Source of the DNA: the human T2T-CHM13v2.0 reference genome, Homo sapiens
DNA length: 64,000 nt
Assembly: GCF_009914755.1 (NCBI RefSeq)
Contig: NC_060929.1
Strand: one strand, 5' to 3'
The notes under the pieces were generated by a model. That model saw only the letters and a list, made by a program, of their open reading frames with translations, was not told the origin of the DNA and ran no database searches. The translations under genes and the position numbers were made by a program. The first letter of the stretch is position 1; every line of letters starts with the position of its first letter. Of the stretch, positions 1 through 18,146 are shown piece by piece.

Positions 1-4236
<4,236 letters not shown>

Positions 4237-4629
4237 AGCAAACATGACTAAATATATCCATAATAGGAGGCAGTGAATAAGACAATCAATGCAAGGGGAA
4301 AAAATGCTAAATCCTATAATAAAACCCCGAAATAAAAAAGATTCAAAATTACATATCAAAAAAGCATATTATATATGCTTTTATCCAACTTATAACAACC
4401 CAGAATGACCAACTTCAAGACATATTTTAAAATTTTTTTGAGATTAAAAAAAGGCAAGCTCTTCTGGACAACAGACTTAGAAGGAAAGAAAATTGGGTCA
4501 TCACTGAATTTTTCTACAGCAACACTTTATGGCAGAAGTAAATGGATTAATACATTTAAGATAATCAAGAGTAAAAACATAGGTCAAAGATTTCATACCT
4601 AGCAAAGGGACTTTCAAGAATAAAGAGCA

Positions 4630-4659
4630 TTCCTGCCGGTCTAGTGGTTAGGAAAAAAA
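4630..4659 (+). pseudogene. Retroposed 5' fragment of tRNA-Glu followed by an A-tract
   Basis: ttcctgccggtctagtggttagga matches the tRNA-Glu 5' end TCCCTGGTGGTCTAGTGGTTAGGA at 21/24. Confidence 0.7.
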
Positions 4660-5234
4660 GGAAGAAAAGGCAAATTTGCAAGTTATCAACATTCAAGAAC
4701 TCTAGAAATATTGTTCCCATGAGGCCTTCTTGAGAAACCTACCAGAGAGCAAACTTCACAAAACCAAAATGACTAGAGAAACATTGACATAAAACTAGTG
4801 GTGAACACTAATACATAACTACTTGTAAAATTAATACTAAAAGAGAGCTAAAAATGAGAGATTATAATATTTAATATTATATGTAGATACAGGACAATGT
4901 AAGACAATTTATTTAAAAAACAGATGAGAGTGGGGAGAGCAAATTAAAAAATTGTTTTTTCTAAATAATATTGGTGGTAATAGAATTGCTATCCTGAGAC
5001 AATTATGCAGGTGATGTAGGATAAAGGAAATGAGAAATTTTCAGAAATTCTAATTATATTATCCCCTGTGTCCTTGGGAACTGAGTTTCTTAATGTGAAA
5101 GAGAAGAGATACAGATGTAATATAAAACAAATTAAGTAAAACCTTTGTACTCCAAAATTTGTATAGGAAGTACCAGTGTGAGTTTACGAGGTATTTTATC
5201 TTTAATATGAACTTATTAAATATAAAATATGCAT

Positions 5235-5291
5235 ATATGTGTGTGTGTATTTTTATATATACACACATGCGCACACACACACATGCATACA
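5235..5291. repeat. Mixed (TG)/(TA)/(CA) microsatellite
   Basis: Visible dinucleotide runs. Confidence 0.7.
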
Positions 5292-7330
5292 AATTGCATT
5301 AGCTCTGTCCACTGAAAAAGATCAGCTCTGAAAACCTTAACTCTGTCCATCGAAAAGATCTAGAAATGATGACCAACAGAACTGCAATGAGCAAACCAAA
5401 TATTATATTCCCACCAAAGAAAAAACAGATTACCATTGTGTGGTCTTTCTTGCTAAAACTATCAAACCTAAGGTAGGTTTTGGATAAAGATGACGAGTTT
5501 GACTTCGACATGCTGTGTTACACAAACGGAACAGCACAGGAATTGAAAATAAAATGAAAATAAACATTCAAGTGTTATTCAATTTGTTAAGAAAAATAGC
5601 AGAGGTCTAACTATGAGAAATCAAGAATCAAAGCACGGATAAATAATAAATATCCATCACAACATTTAGAGAAGTGAGAGATGTTTAGAAGAGGTAATAA
5701 AATAATGGGAGTCATATAAGGAGAAAGTTTAGAGAAGCAACTTCTTGAAGTATTAGTTTTCAGCCAAAGACTTAAGTGTACAAGATAGTCATCAGTTCCC
5801 TGGCCTTTTCATAGTGTAGTTGCAATAATAATTGCATCATAAAATTACAAAACACACACACAAAAGCTGGAAACTTCATTTGCACTTCAAATTTAAATCA
5901 CACAGCAAAAATAAAATCTTTGCAACTGTACATTGTGCAGTTATTAACATCTTCATTTTCTAAAGGAGAAGACTGATACACAGAGATATCAAAAGACTAT
6001 GGAAATCTTAGTTAATTGGTGGAAGAAGAAAATGAAGCCAGTTTGCTGCTGTTTCATTATCAATATCAGGGTCTATTTTGGGGGGATCCTGTCTCTATTC
6101 TTGAACATTCTAACTAGAATATTGAAAGACTGTCTTATGTGTGTCATTTATCACTATGTATTTATCAATATTCAGCTAAGAAGAAATTTCAAATTTATAG
6201 CTTGATTCTGTATCTTGGAAAACATCAAGGCCCTATCATAGCAAGATGGACAACAGAGGGTGCCCTTCACTTTGAGCATAAGATGCATTGACTAATCATT
6301 TCCTGAATCATTACTAAGTGATGCTTCATACAATTCTTGGCAACCGAGTCTTTTAAACTGCAACAGATGTGAAGTGGTGAGTAATATACTTCCGTATTTT
6401 TCTCCCTAAAGGCAGTTGAAATCAAATAATCATAGTCAAAGTGAAGGCAAACTCACGATAGTTAATTAAATTTCTATGCCAACGGAAAGCCTTATATAAT
6501 ACCTGGAGATGTTAACAAAGAAAGCTTTGCAAAATGAAATCAGAAGCTACTTGGTGTTAACTGATTTCCAGCTCAAAAGAGAGGGGGACAAGTAGTAGGA
6601 AAACTTTCATGCTGATAGTAACAACGGACTTCCAGGAAAATGTCGTTAGTAACAAACAGTGCCTTTGCTAATTGCTTTTTAGATTTTTCCACTGAGTAGA
6701 GTTATATATTCCCCATACAACTTATTAGGAAAACATTTACTTAAACCCTCCTTGACTTTTCACTGAAACAACAGTAAAGGGCATCACCTTCTAGTACTTG
6801 AGTTGAACAAAATGCTTTCAGCAAAGTCATTCTATATTTGCAGTAAACTAATTTCTCACAAAGAATGAAAGTTCCATACAGGGAAAAAGTAACAATTTTC
6901 ACCACAATTTGTAAGAGATGCTTTCACAAGAAAAATGAAGCATAGAATCCACAGGTTTCAAATGAAAAACTTGTCTGAAAATAAGGTGAAGGGCTGGCAA
7001 ACTTCCTGGTTTCCCCAAGAGTTTCAGGCTGAGAAGCCCATTGCAGCACGTGTACATCTCTCCTAATCCTTTTAACCCCAACCCCACACACTTACATGCA
7101 AAGCATTGGAATCCTTAAAAATCGCTAGAACTGATGACTAAGACTTGATGTTGTTCTAGGAGCTTCTTCAGAACTCCTGGTAACATTTTTCCTGTCTGGA
7201 TGTGCAAACTTTATATTATTAACTACATCAAATGAAAACCATCCCCCTCCGATCCTTTTGCTTTACATTCAAAGTAAAAGAATGAATTTCTATTTTATTA
7301 ATTTCAGGTTCCTTCAGATATGTAATTTAA

Positions 7331-7671
<341 letters not shown>

Positions 7672-9169
7672 AGGGTTTTCTTTTTAATATCAAAAGCTTT
7701 GCAGACCCTGTTGGTGGTAACGGTTGTATTTTTATTATAAGGTGATTAAGAAATTCTAATGATGACAAGAAGTTACTAAGTATGCAGTATCATTTTGTAA
7801 TGATTTATATTTTATCTACAATATCAACATCTACATATACTTGAAAAAATAACATGTTTACTCCATAATAATGAGATTTATACCCATAGGAATTTGTAAA
7901 TATTATCAAATAAATAACTCTCTACCCACTGCTTTTCCTTTTCCCTCTTGAGAGCACCACTACTGTTTTCCAGAGGGCTCATTTTTGTCTTAAGATCCTT
8001 CACATGTATCCATAAAAATTAAGAATAAATGTATAAAATAAAAATTCTTCATGTGTTGAAAGAGGATTCAATACACACCCGAGTATTATGGTAAGAAGCA
8101 GTGCTGTTTTCTCACTCAGCTGGCTCCACTACGTCTCCTACAGACCTAGGCTGAGGTGAAGCAGCTGGCGCTTTATGGCTCCTCAATGTGCTACCTCTCT
8201 TACCTTCTCAATTTCAACTAATGACATGCATCTTTCCTTTACCTGTCTAAGCTAGGCACCTTGGCGAGGTCTCTTGACCCATTTAATCCAACACAAGTTA
8301 TGCCTGCTACTACTGTTCCCGTTGAGCTGTTCACATTTTCACATCTGGTTAATGCTAGAGTCATTGGTCATATTACTGCCTGAGTTGTTTTTCCTAGGCA
8401 CAGACTGCAGGCTATCACAGAGCCCAACTCTTACCTCACACGAGGCCTTCCCCTCTACCTTTTCCTTCCTACTTCCCACTTGAAGTCTTAACCACCTTTT
8501 GAACACTGAAGACTCAGCGAAAATGTAACTTCCACTGTCAGTTACCTCGGTTTCTCTAAAAGTGTTTTATCTTATTGAATTTACACTTAATGCCACCTAA
8601 ACAAATGATTTCAAAATAATCTAACATCTCCTATCATAGTTTGCAAGCAACACAGGGCAGGGACTACATCATCATTACTGTGGTCTATTCAATAGATGTC
8701 TATTCGTGGCTGTCGCACACATCTCTATCAAAAGCTTCTAACAGCTCTCCCAGATTGTACAAACTCAAGTTCAAGAACTAGGTTTATCAGAACCCAAGTG
8801 GCCCCTAATCTCTCTCTTTATTCACATCTCTCTACCATTAGCTTCACATCTGTCTACCACTTTACTAGTAATTATCAGATATTTCAGCTACATGGCCTCA
8901 TTTTCTGTCTTTCAAATGTATTTTTTTTTTACTTTCACATAATGCTGTGTTTATTCACTTAATACATTTTCCCCTGATAACCCTTTCTGGTCACTCTTCA
9001 AGTCCATCTACTAATCTTTCTAACTGTTGAAGTCTTCCTCATCTTTTATACATAATTAAAATGTTAGCACTTCTGAGGAAACATCTACATTTTATCATTG
9101 AGAATTAATGTCCTTTTTTTTTCTTGTGTCTCAGAGTGCTTCACATATGCTTCATTCATATCAGAAAAC

Positions 9170-9540
9170 ACAGTAGAGTCTATGCCTTCCTGTGGCAACA
9201 ACTAAAGCCTAAAATTTCAACAATTTAACCTAACAAAGCTTATTTCTTGCTTATAGAGAATTCAGATAGGTCTGGCATCTTCCCAGGGCTGTTCTCTATG
9301 AAATGACTTCATTGGTCCACCAGGCTGCTTCCAAATTATGTCTCTGCTATGGAAACATGAGGCTTCCTTAATCACCTCAGGAGGACAGAAGAAACTGAAG
9401 ACTCTGCGGGGGATTTTAATGACTCAGCTCAAAAGTGACGTGCTGAGAATCTACAGGCAAAATCAGTCACATTGCCTAGCTTAATGCAAGTGTGCCTTCA
9501 AAAAAGAGGATGACTGGGTATTGGTGAGCACTCATATTAA
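9170..9540. mobile_element. Old LTR (MLT1K/LTR33-like)
   Basis: aacaaagcttatttcttgct...agtcacattgcctagcttaatgcaag motifs. Confidence 0.5.
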
Positions 9541-9819
9541 GTATCAGAGAAACTTACTGCATTAAATATATTTATGTATTCACTTGTCTCTTTTTGCTAA
9601 ACTGTGAGGTCAAGAGAAAAGTGGTAATTTCATTTCCATACCCCAGAACTTCAGCCAGTATCATGCGCTGAGTAAGACATCAATAAGTTATTGTTAGACT
9701 AAATTGAATTAAATTACAGGTGAAATAAAGTTGTGCTTAGCTTTGAGGAGAAGAAACAAATTCTATTTCGTCACCTTCCTTAGCATGCTGTATTCACATA
9801 GTCATAAAACGGAATCTGT

Positions 9820-10020
9820 AAGCTTAATGGAGTAAGCAAGAATTATGAAACTAGACTTCCCAACTTCAAATTCTGGCTCTCTCACATTTAGCTGTATAGG
9901 TTTGGGAAAATTACTCAATATACATTTACCTCAGTTTCCTCAAAAGTTTGTTATAAATATTAAATGAGTAATTCATGTAAAATACTCAAACAGTATCAAT
10001 ATGTTAAGTACTCAACACAT
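9820..10020 (+). mobile_element. MIR
   Basis: ttcaaattctggctct...agctgt...gggaaaattactcaa...cctcagtttcctc core. Confidence 0.75.
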
Positions 10021-10484
10021 TACATATGATTATTCATTTACTGCATGAATAAGATACCAAAGCTTTCTAATTGCTCTTAGAGAAAACTTCAAAGTTCTTT
10101 CCACACTCTGCATGACTTGGCCCTCATCCACTGCACCAACTTCAATGAAAACTATTTCCCTCTTTCTTAGTGATGCTTCAGGCATTTGAATCTTTTTTCT
10201 GATTTTTGTTGGTTGGTTGGTCAGTTGGTTGGTTGGATTATGCCAGATTAGCTCCTACCTTCAGACTTTTCAACAGTTTCCCCAAATTATTACTGTTCCA
10301 TCCCACCACCACCAGAAAACCACTGGTATGGCCTTTCTCATCATTTAGGTTTCAGACGACATTTGATCACCTCATCTAAAGTTGCCAACTACATTGACCA
10401 GTCATCCTCTAACATATCTCCTTGTATTATTATCTTCATACCATGACTTGTACCTATTAAGTTGTGAGATGAAAACTTTTTCTT

Positions 10485-10794
<310 letters not shown>

Positions 10795-11504
10795 AACTTT
10801 TTCTGTCCTCCTAATATATGGCATTGCAGAGTTTAAGTCATTTGTGCAATGTTACATTGCTAGCACCAGATTAAAACTCAGTCTGGCTCCAATGCCTCTA
10901 CTCTTGATCACTATGCTCCACTTCCTTGTTAAGCACTTCACCTATTTTCTCATTTAACACAAAATATTGTGATGGTTTTAAGTGCAAGTGCTAGAATAGC
11001 TAATTCAAACTGACTTAAATGACAAGCATCTGTACTATATTACATAAAGAAAGTCTTCCAGGTGGTGATGTAATCAAGGATGCAGACTGTCCATCTTTCT
11101 GCTCTGCTATACACTGTAGGTCAGTGATGCCTCCCCTCAGGGTCAGAGGACTAAAGCAATTTCAGACTTCACACTTGAGAAGAACATAGTAAGGAAAGAT
11201 GGCCTTTTTGTCCATGAATATATTTTATTGGAGAAAGAACCTTTCCCAAGAGGAGTTCAGTGGTATCTCCCTGGATCCAAGTGACCAGGCCTGGGTCATA
11301 TGACCCTGATCTGACTGAAGAGAGGTTGAGAAAGGAACTGATATGTGGAGGAACTGCCTCTAGAATTAGAGGCAGACTTTGACAGAACGTGGGTGTATAT
11401 GTGTGTAAAAGCAAGACCAAGCATATGCAGTGTGCAGAGGGAAGTAAGCCGAGAGAGTGCTAGGATGGCAGTGGGTAAGCAATTAGCAGTGCCTCCCAGA
11501 AGCA

Positions 11505-11655
11505 AACATTCTATCCTTATATCACAGATGTGAAAACAGACTCCAAGAAGTTAAAAACTTGCAGAAAGTCACCTAACTGGTAAGAGGCAAAATTGGATTC
11601 AAATCTAGAGTATGGTAATAAAATGAGAACTGTAACAACCATACTATACTGACTC
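11505..11655 (-). mobile_element. MIR fragment
   Basis: acagatgtgaaaacagactcc...gtcacctaactggtaag...ggattcaaatc. Confidence 0.6.
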
Positions 11656-12199
11656 CACATTAACCCCTAATCTATGCCATAATGTTTGCCTTAATCCATA
11701 TAATTCATTGGTGACTTATGCTTTGGTTTGTAACTTGGTATCTTCACGTTATATTCAACTTCCTTTTCTTACAAAAGCCATCTTACCCTTGACTGCTGCA
11801 CACAACTTAGGTTAAATGTGTCAAAATATTATTCAATGTCAAGGTTCTCAATATTTTTGAGTTCCTAAAATTGTATCCTGTGGTGACTTAGAGAGGAACA
11901 GATACAAGAATAGCTATTTATTGAAGGCTCAACTAAGCATTGCCTGTGTAACCATGACTGACTCATCCTTGTAATTTTAAAGACAGCTACATAATATAAA
12001 ACAGCATAGATGCTTAAAATAAGTTTTTATTTTTGTTTAACATGTAACCACATTATAAAGTTGTATCATGCATTTCTCAACTTAGAATTTAAGTGCATTT
12101 CCTTTCAGTCTTTTTCTTTAAATGTTATAATTAGAATTAACACTTATATTAACATTTGGTACCCTTATTTTTTACTTAGCTTTGAAACAAAATATAATT

Positions 12200-12520
12200 T
12201 TATGTTTACCATATAAGCTTTAAAATCATCATTTAAATATGCAATATTTCAGCATTTAGGTGCATCTTAATCATTGCCTAATGTTGAGCATTCAGTGTTT
12301 CCAATTGTTCTGCTATTATAAGCAATGTGTGACACGCGTCTCTGTGCATATTCTGAATTATTTTCTTAGACCATATTCCCAGAAGTGGAATGATTAAATC
12401 CAAGAAGATGAAAGATTTTTTTTATCAAGGAGTTTGCCAAATTGCTTTCTGAAAGTATGGGGTCAATTTACACTGTGATCAGTAATATATGGGAGCAGTA
12501 ATTTCTGTGCTCTCACACTC
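12200..12520 (-). mobile_element. Old L1 (L1ME-like) 3' fragment
   Basis: gtttccaatt...gctattataagcaatg...attcccagaagtggaat...gccaaattgctttc. Confidence 0.6.
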
Positions 12521-13079
12521 GGTGAGAAATACATTTCTAAATCGATAACTTAAAGTGAGCCTTCATTTTGTAATATGAGAAAAAGAAAAGAGAGAAGTTG
12601 AGGGAAAAGAGTCATAGAATCTACGCACTCTGTTAGGGCTCACAGTTTAGAAGGGACAAAATAAATACAAATACATGTCAGTAAAACACTATTGCGGATA
12701 GAGAATGGACAGAGAAACTATGTAGTGAGAGAAATGTGTCCTGGCTATTGTGGAAGCTTGGAAAGTAGAACAGCACTTGAGATACCTCATTAAAGGGCAA
12801 GGAGGGGAAAGGTGGGTAGAGAGGGCACACAAATTATAGGCATAAGCAAGAGCAAAGACGTGTGTAATCAATGAGGGACATGTTGCAATTTGCAGTCTGA
12901 GGTCATAAGAGAGTCAAATGGGAGTCAAAGAATGAAAGAGAATTCTGGTAGGAGAGACAGAGTAAGATCTCGGAGGGTATTATGTGATGTAATAGCTTAT
13001 ATGTAATCCTGTAGATTATGGAAGAATCACTGCACAGTCTTAAGAAAAAAGTGGGCAAGTCAAACTTCTTTTTAAATCA

Positions 13080-13256
13080 CTGTATTTCATCATGCAGTCT
13101 ATAAAAGCAACATCAGCATCACCCAGGAGGCAAAGAAATGCAAATCCTCAGTCCCAAATGAGATGTACTAAGTCCAAACTCCAGGACAGCCCAGCAATTT
13201 GTATTTTAACAGCACTCCAAGTGGATCTGATGTGCAGAAAAGTTTGGGAACCACTA
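13080..13256. mobile_element. MER5A (hAT-Charlie)
   Basis: catcagcatcacc...agaaatgcaaatcctcag...gtattttaaca...aagtttgggaaccact. Confidence 0.8.
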
Positions 13257-13483
13257 ACTTAAATTAACATTCTGGTTGCTTTGATGGGGTAAGGCTAAAT
13301 GTAAGAGGACCAGTCAGGAGGCTGCTGTGAAGATCAAGTGGAGACATGATGGGTCCTAAACTTGAGTAGGGGGATTGAAACCATTCAGGTGGACTGAGTT
13401 TACATAGGAGAAGTATGTAGATTGGGAACTTTTGGCTTAGGACAGAACCCTGGGGTTATATACAAATTATTAAGAAGAGGCGA

Positions 13484-13782
13484 GGCTAGGCACAGTGGCT
13501 CATACCTGTAATCCCAGCATTTTGGGAGGCCAAGGTGGATGAATGGCTTGCGCTCAGGAGTTCAAGACCAGCCTGGGCAACAGGGTAAAGCCGTCTCTAC
13601 AAAAAATACAAAAATTAGCCAAGCACGGTGGCATGTACCTGTAGTCCCAATTATTCAGAAGGCTGAGGTGAGATCACTTAAGCCCGGGAGGCGGAGGCTG
13701 CAGTGAGCCATGTTTGTGCCACTGTACTCCAGCCTGGGTTAAAAAGCGAGATCCTGTCTCAAAATAATAATAGTAATAAATA
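13484..13782 (+). mobile_element. AluJ
   Basis: gctcaggagttcaagaccagcctgggcaac; gaggctgcagtgagccatg. Confidence 0.93.
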
Positions 13783-14087
13783 AGATGCCAAAGAAGAAAC
13801 TCTCTTTAAGAAAAGAAAAGATATAGTTAAGGAAGTGCGAGAAGGGAAAACGGTGAATATCAGGAAAGCCAAAGAGAGAGAATTTTAAGAGGATTTGAGA
13901 ATCCCAAGTCAGATGAGGAACAGTACTTCAAAAACAGGAAGACAAAAGAGCATATTATATTTTGTAATCAGGGCATCATTTTTAACTTTAGAGAAAGCAG
14001 TTATAGTGCAGCATTGAAGATGGAATCCAATTAAAGGAAGATAAAGAAGAGATGCCATTTGAAAGAATGCAAGAAACTGCATAGATC

Positions 14088-14295
14088 CAGAGGTCAACAA
14101 ATATTTTCAGAAAAGGCCGAATAGTAAATATTTTAGGATGATGGGCCTATGGTCTCTGTGGCAATTACACAACTGTGATATTGTAGAGCAAAAAGTGGCC
14201 ATAGACAATATATAAATGAATGTTCATGGGTCTTCCCATGACTTTACTTATAAGAACAGGTGGCCTGCTAGTAAGTCATAAAGTGCCAACCTCTG
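14088..14295. mobile_element. MER58A (hAT)
   Basis: Terminal inverted repeats cagaggtcaaca / tgccaacctctg; internal atagtaaatattttagg. Confidence 0.8.
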
Positions 14296-14449
14296 GGTTA
14301 GACAATTGCAATAGGATTAAGGAAAGGTTTTTTTCCTTTTGTTTACTTTTGCTGTTTTTAAAATGAGAAAGTAATGTACATATTTATAAGCTAGAAAAAA
14401 GAGTCAGTAAAAATTAACTGTCAGTAAAATTAAAGAATGCACCTAGTCT

Positions 14450-14714
14450 TTTATTTAACAATATTTACTGTACTTATACTATGTTCCAAGCATTATTCTA
14501 GGCATTGAGACTTTGGGAATAAACAAGATAGACAAGGTCCCAAGGACATCAAAAATGACAGAATCAACAGATAACGCAAAAGATATACTAGATGATGATA
14601 CGTGCCATAAAAAAGAAAGACCAATAAAATAGGGTGATGTAAAGCGAGTGCCAGCTGGGCTACTCTAGCTTTACAAACAGGAAAGACTTTTCTGAGGAAG
14701 TTGTATTTAAGCCT
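14450..14714. mobile_element. L2 3'-end fragment
   Basis: atttaacaatatttactg...tactatgttccaagcattattctaggc. Confidence 0.6.
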
Positions 14715-15070
14715 TGCTATGGTCTGAATGTTTGCGTTCCCTCAAAATTCATATATTGAGACTTAATCCCCAATATGGTAGTATTAAGAGGTAAAGTCTT
14801 TGGGAGGTCACAAGAGCTCTGCAACTGCCCTCATGAACAGGATTAGTGCCATTATAAAGGAGGCTGAAGGGAGATTCTTTGCCCCTTCCACCATGTGAGG
14901 ATGGAGAGAAAGCACTACCTATGAGGAATGGGCCTTCACTGGACACCAAATCTGCTGGTATCTTGATCTTGGACCTCCCAGCCTCCAGAACGGTGAACAA
15001 TAAATTTCTATTGTTTGTAAATTACACAGTTTAAGGCGTTTTGTAATAAGAGCCTGAACAGACTAAGACA
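14715..15070 (+). mobile_element. MLT1A-type MaLR solo LTR
   Basis: tgctatggtctgaatg start, aataaatttc, gactaagaca end (TG...CA). Confidence 0.9.
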
Positions 15071-16889
15071 TGTCTTGACCTGAATGCCTAGAAAGTGCAG
15101 TAGAGAGACGTAGTGACTGGAAGAACAAGTCTCTAGGAGGAAGGAGTGTAGGGACCAAAGGGATGAATTCGACTTGGATGAAGGAAAACTGCTCATCTTA
15201 TCAGGCAAAGAAATAGGTGGAAAGGTTGGCCATATGTTTCCTTAAGTTCATAGATGGAAAGAGCAAAAGGTTCAGAATGACTACGTTTAGATTTCATGAT
15301 AAGATTACCCAACTAGAATGGTTAGAATGGAAGTTAAATTGAGAATGTAGGTAGAGTTGTGAATAATTGGTGGGGGTGGGGAATTGGTGGGGAAAGGACA
15401 AGAAAACTCACCAGAGTCAGATGGAATTAAAAGGTAGCAGTGAAAATACATCCATATTGGGCATAGCCATGAGAAATGTCTGCCTACTTGAATACTGCCA
15501 ATGTCATCAGGAAGAGAGACTTGCAGCATGTTCTGCAGGGAACAAAATGTAATTCAAACACATGTGTCCCTGACCAAACCACTACATTCATGTTGTATTT
15601 GAAGATTAAATGATCTATAGTACAGATTCACAGAGATAAGCTCACTCAAGAGAGTATGTTTCACAAACTTATAGGCAAAGACTAGAAACTGTGGAAACCA
15701 TTTGTATCACCTAACATGTCCTATCACAATGACTTATAAGACAGTGAAATTGAAGCCTTATATATGTTTTCAAAAATACACTGGAAGCTGCTGTGGGACA
15801 CTGCAGTATGTGCCACAGGGTAGAAAGAGGTACCATCTGTCAGGGAAAAGAGTTATTTTGGAAAACCCACAAAATGTAAGAAAGGAGAGAATCAGAACAG
15901 ATCCAAAGTATGGCAAATTAGATAAAGTGGGAAAACAGGCCTTAGCCAGCTGGATGGAATGTAGGGTTTTATACTCCTAACAGTTACTAGGGACTGTAAG
16001 GGTAGAAACAAGACAAAGAAATCCTAAAACTTGGTACTCAATTCCTCAGCTAAGTGGACTTCGGAAGTTGAGCATGAGATGGTTTGTAGCATCTTAGAAT
16101 TTTCAGCTCCGAGAAACTCAGAGATGAGGTTTCACTTCCCCAAGTGCTATTAAATAGCTTGCAAGAAGTTGAAAAGAAAACCCCTAGGGACAAATTCTAA
16201 GGAAATGTTGAAACAATGTTTCAATGTTGGGCATACCATAAAAATAAACCAAAAATCTGATGAATTAAAATAGAGAAGGAGAATCCAAAAACTAAGTGAA
16301 AGAGAAAGTAGATATGAATTAAAAGATTTTGAGTAGAAGACAGTACAATATAGAACAGTTACTATCTGTGCCAGTGAAAGTAGAGCAACTGTGACTTTTT
16401 CTAGAAGCCCGAAGTCTTAATGTAATCAGGAACATGGCCCTAAGAGTACATATCTAGATCTAGGAAACATATCAGCCTCTGGCATGGCAGATTGATAGAC
16501 AAGCCAGAATCACTGAACAAGACTTGATATTTTTACTCCTAGGGATAAGTAGGCCAAAGTTTATTTTCAAACTCAGGCAGGGCATTGGACAAGGGTTGTC
16601 TCTAGACTATTTTCAAAGTTCCTCCATGTTCCTAGCATGAGATTGGTCATCCTGCTACAAAGAATGGGAATAGGGCTGGGATAAGGTAGTGCATTACAGT
16701 CAACCACCATTATTACATATTAAGACAGAATTCCTGATTTTAGGTAAGAATTTATATTTCTCCTATAATTTTCTACTGTTCCATGGATATTTCCTGCCTA
16801 TTCTAGGACACAGGTGATACAGCAAATTTCAATGATGTATCAAAAAGACACAACACAAAAACAGATACAGTGTTGATGCAATATATCAG

Positions 16890-17160
16890 TGCATGTCAAA
16901 ATATGTTCAATGGAATATTAGTGAATGTGATGAACAAAAAGGATTTTATGATTAAAAAGCATGAGAAACACCCAGTTCAATGAAGTAAATATATTCTATA
17001 TTACCGTACTTCTCAGAGGTATTGATATCATAAATTGATTGTAGCTTTCCAAAGGAAGTATATAGAATAGAGTACTTATCAATGTTATCTGACCATGGAA
17101 CACATTTTGAAAGTACATTTAGTGAGACTTGTTTTCTATAGCACGCTTTATAAAATCTTT
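16890..17160. mobile_element. Old hAT-Charlie MER (MER102/103-like)
   Basis: acttctcagaggtattgatat...tgaccatggaacac motifs. Confidence 0.4.
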
Positions 17161-17259
17161 TACAGTTAAGAAAAAAATGATGCGAGAAGGATAGTACAAT
17201 TTCATCTTCTACTGTACAGCACCAATGTACTGCCCATTCAACATAAAAAAAAAAAATCC

Positions 17260-17472
17260 TGGAGAGAATCTACAGGTGAAAACACAGAGATATATACAAG
17301 ATGTCCAGAAGAGCCTTGTTTATAACAGCCCTATCTAAAAGTCCACCAACAGGAAAATAGACAAATAAGTTTTTATATATTTACGCAAAGAAAAATAATA
17401 CAACTATAAAAATAAAATAAAAAACATTTCATACAGCAACACAGGTGATAAAATTATTTTTAAAGAGGAAAG
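17260..17472 (+). mobile_element. L1ME-like 3' fragment (resumes about 23155-23350)
   Basis: acaagatgtcc...ttgtttataacagcc...gtccaccaacaggaaaatagacaaataa. Confidence 0.5.

Positions 17473-18146
<674 letters not shown>

Larger units (their letters stand above)
4300..5430 (+). mobile_element. Ancient L1M/HAL1b-like element
   Basis: ORF1-like remnant (ttctacagcaacact...agatttcatacctagcaaa) and 3' motifs (gctctgtccactgaaa...gcaatgagcaaacc). Confidence 0.6.
12600..14070. mobile_element. Degenerate L2 pieces interrupted by MER5A and AluJ
   Basis: Purine-rich L2-like motifs such as gaggaccagtcaggaggctgctgtgaagatcaag. Confidence 0.45.

Noticed and set aside
4630-4700. Functional tRNA-Glu gene
   Set aside because: Only 24 nt match; no anticodon arm, B-box or acceptor 3' strand.
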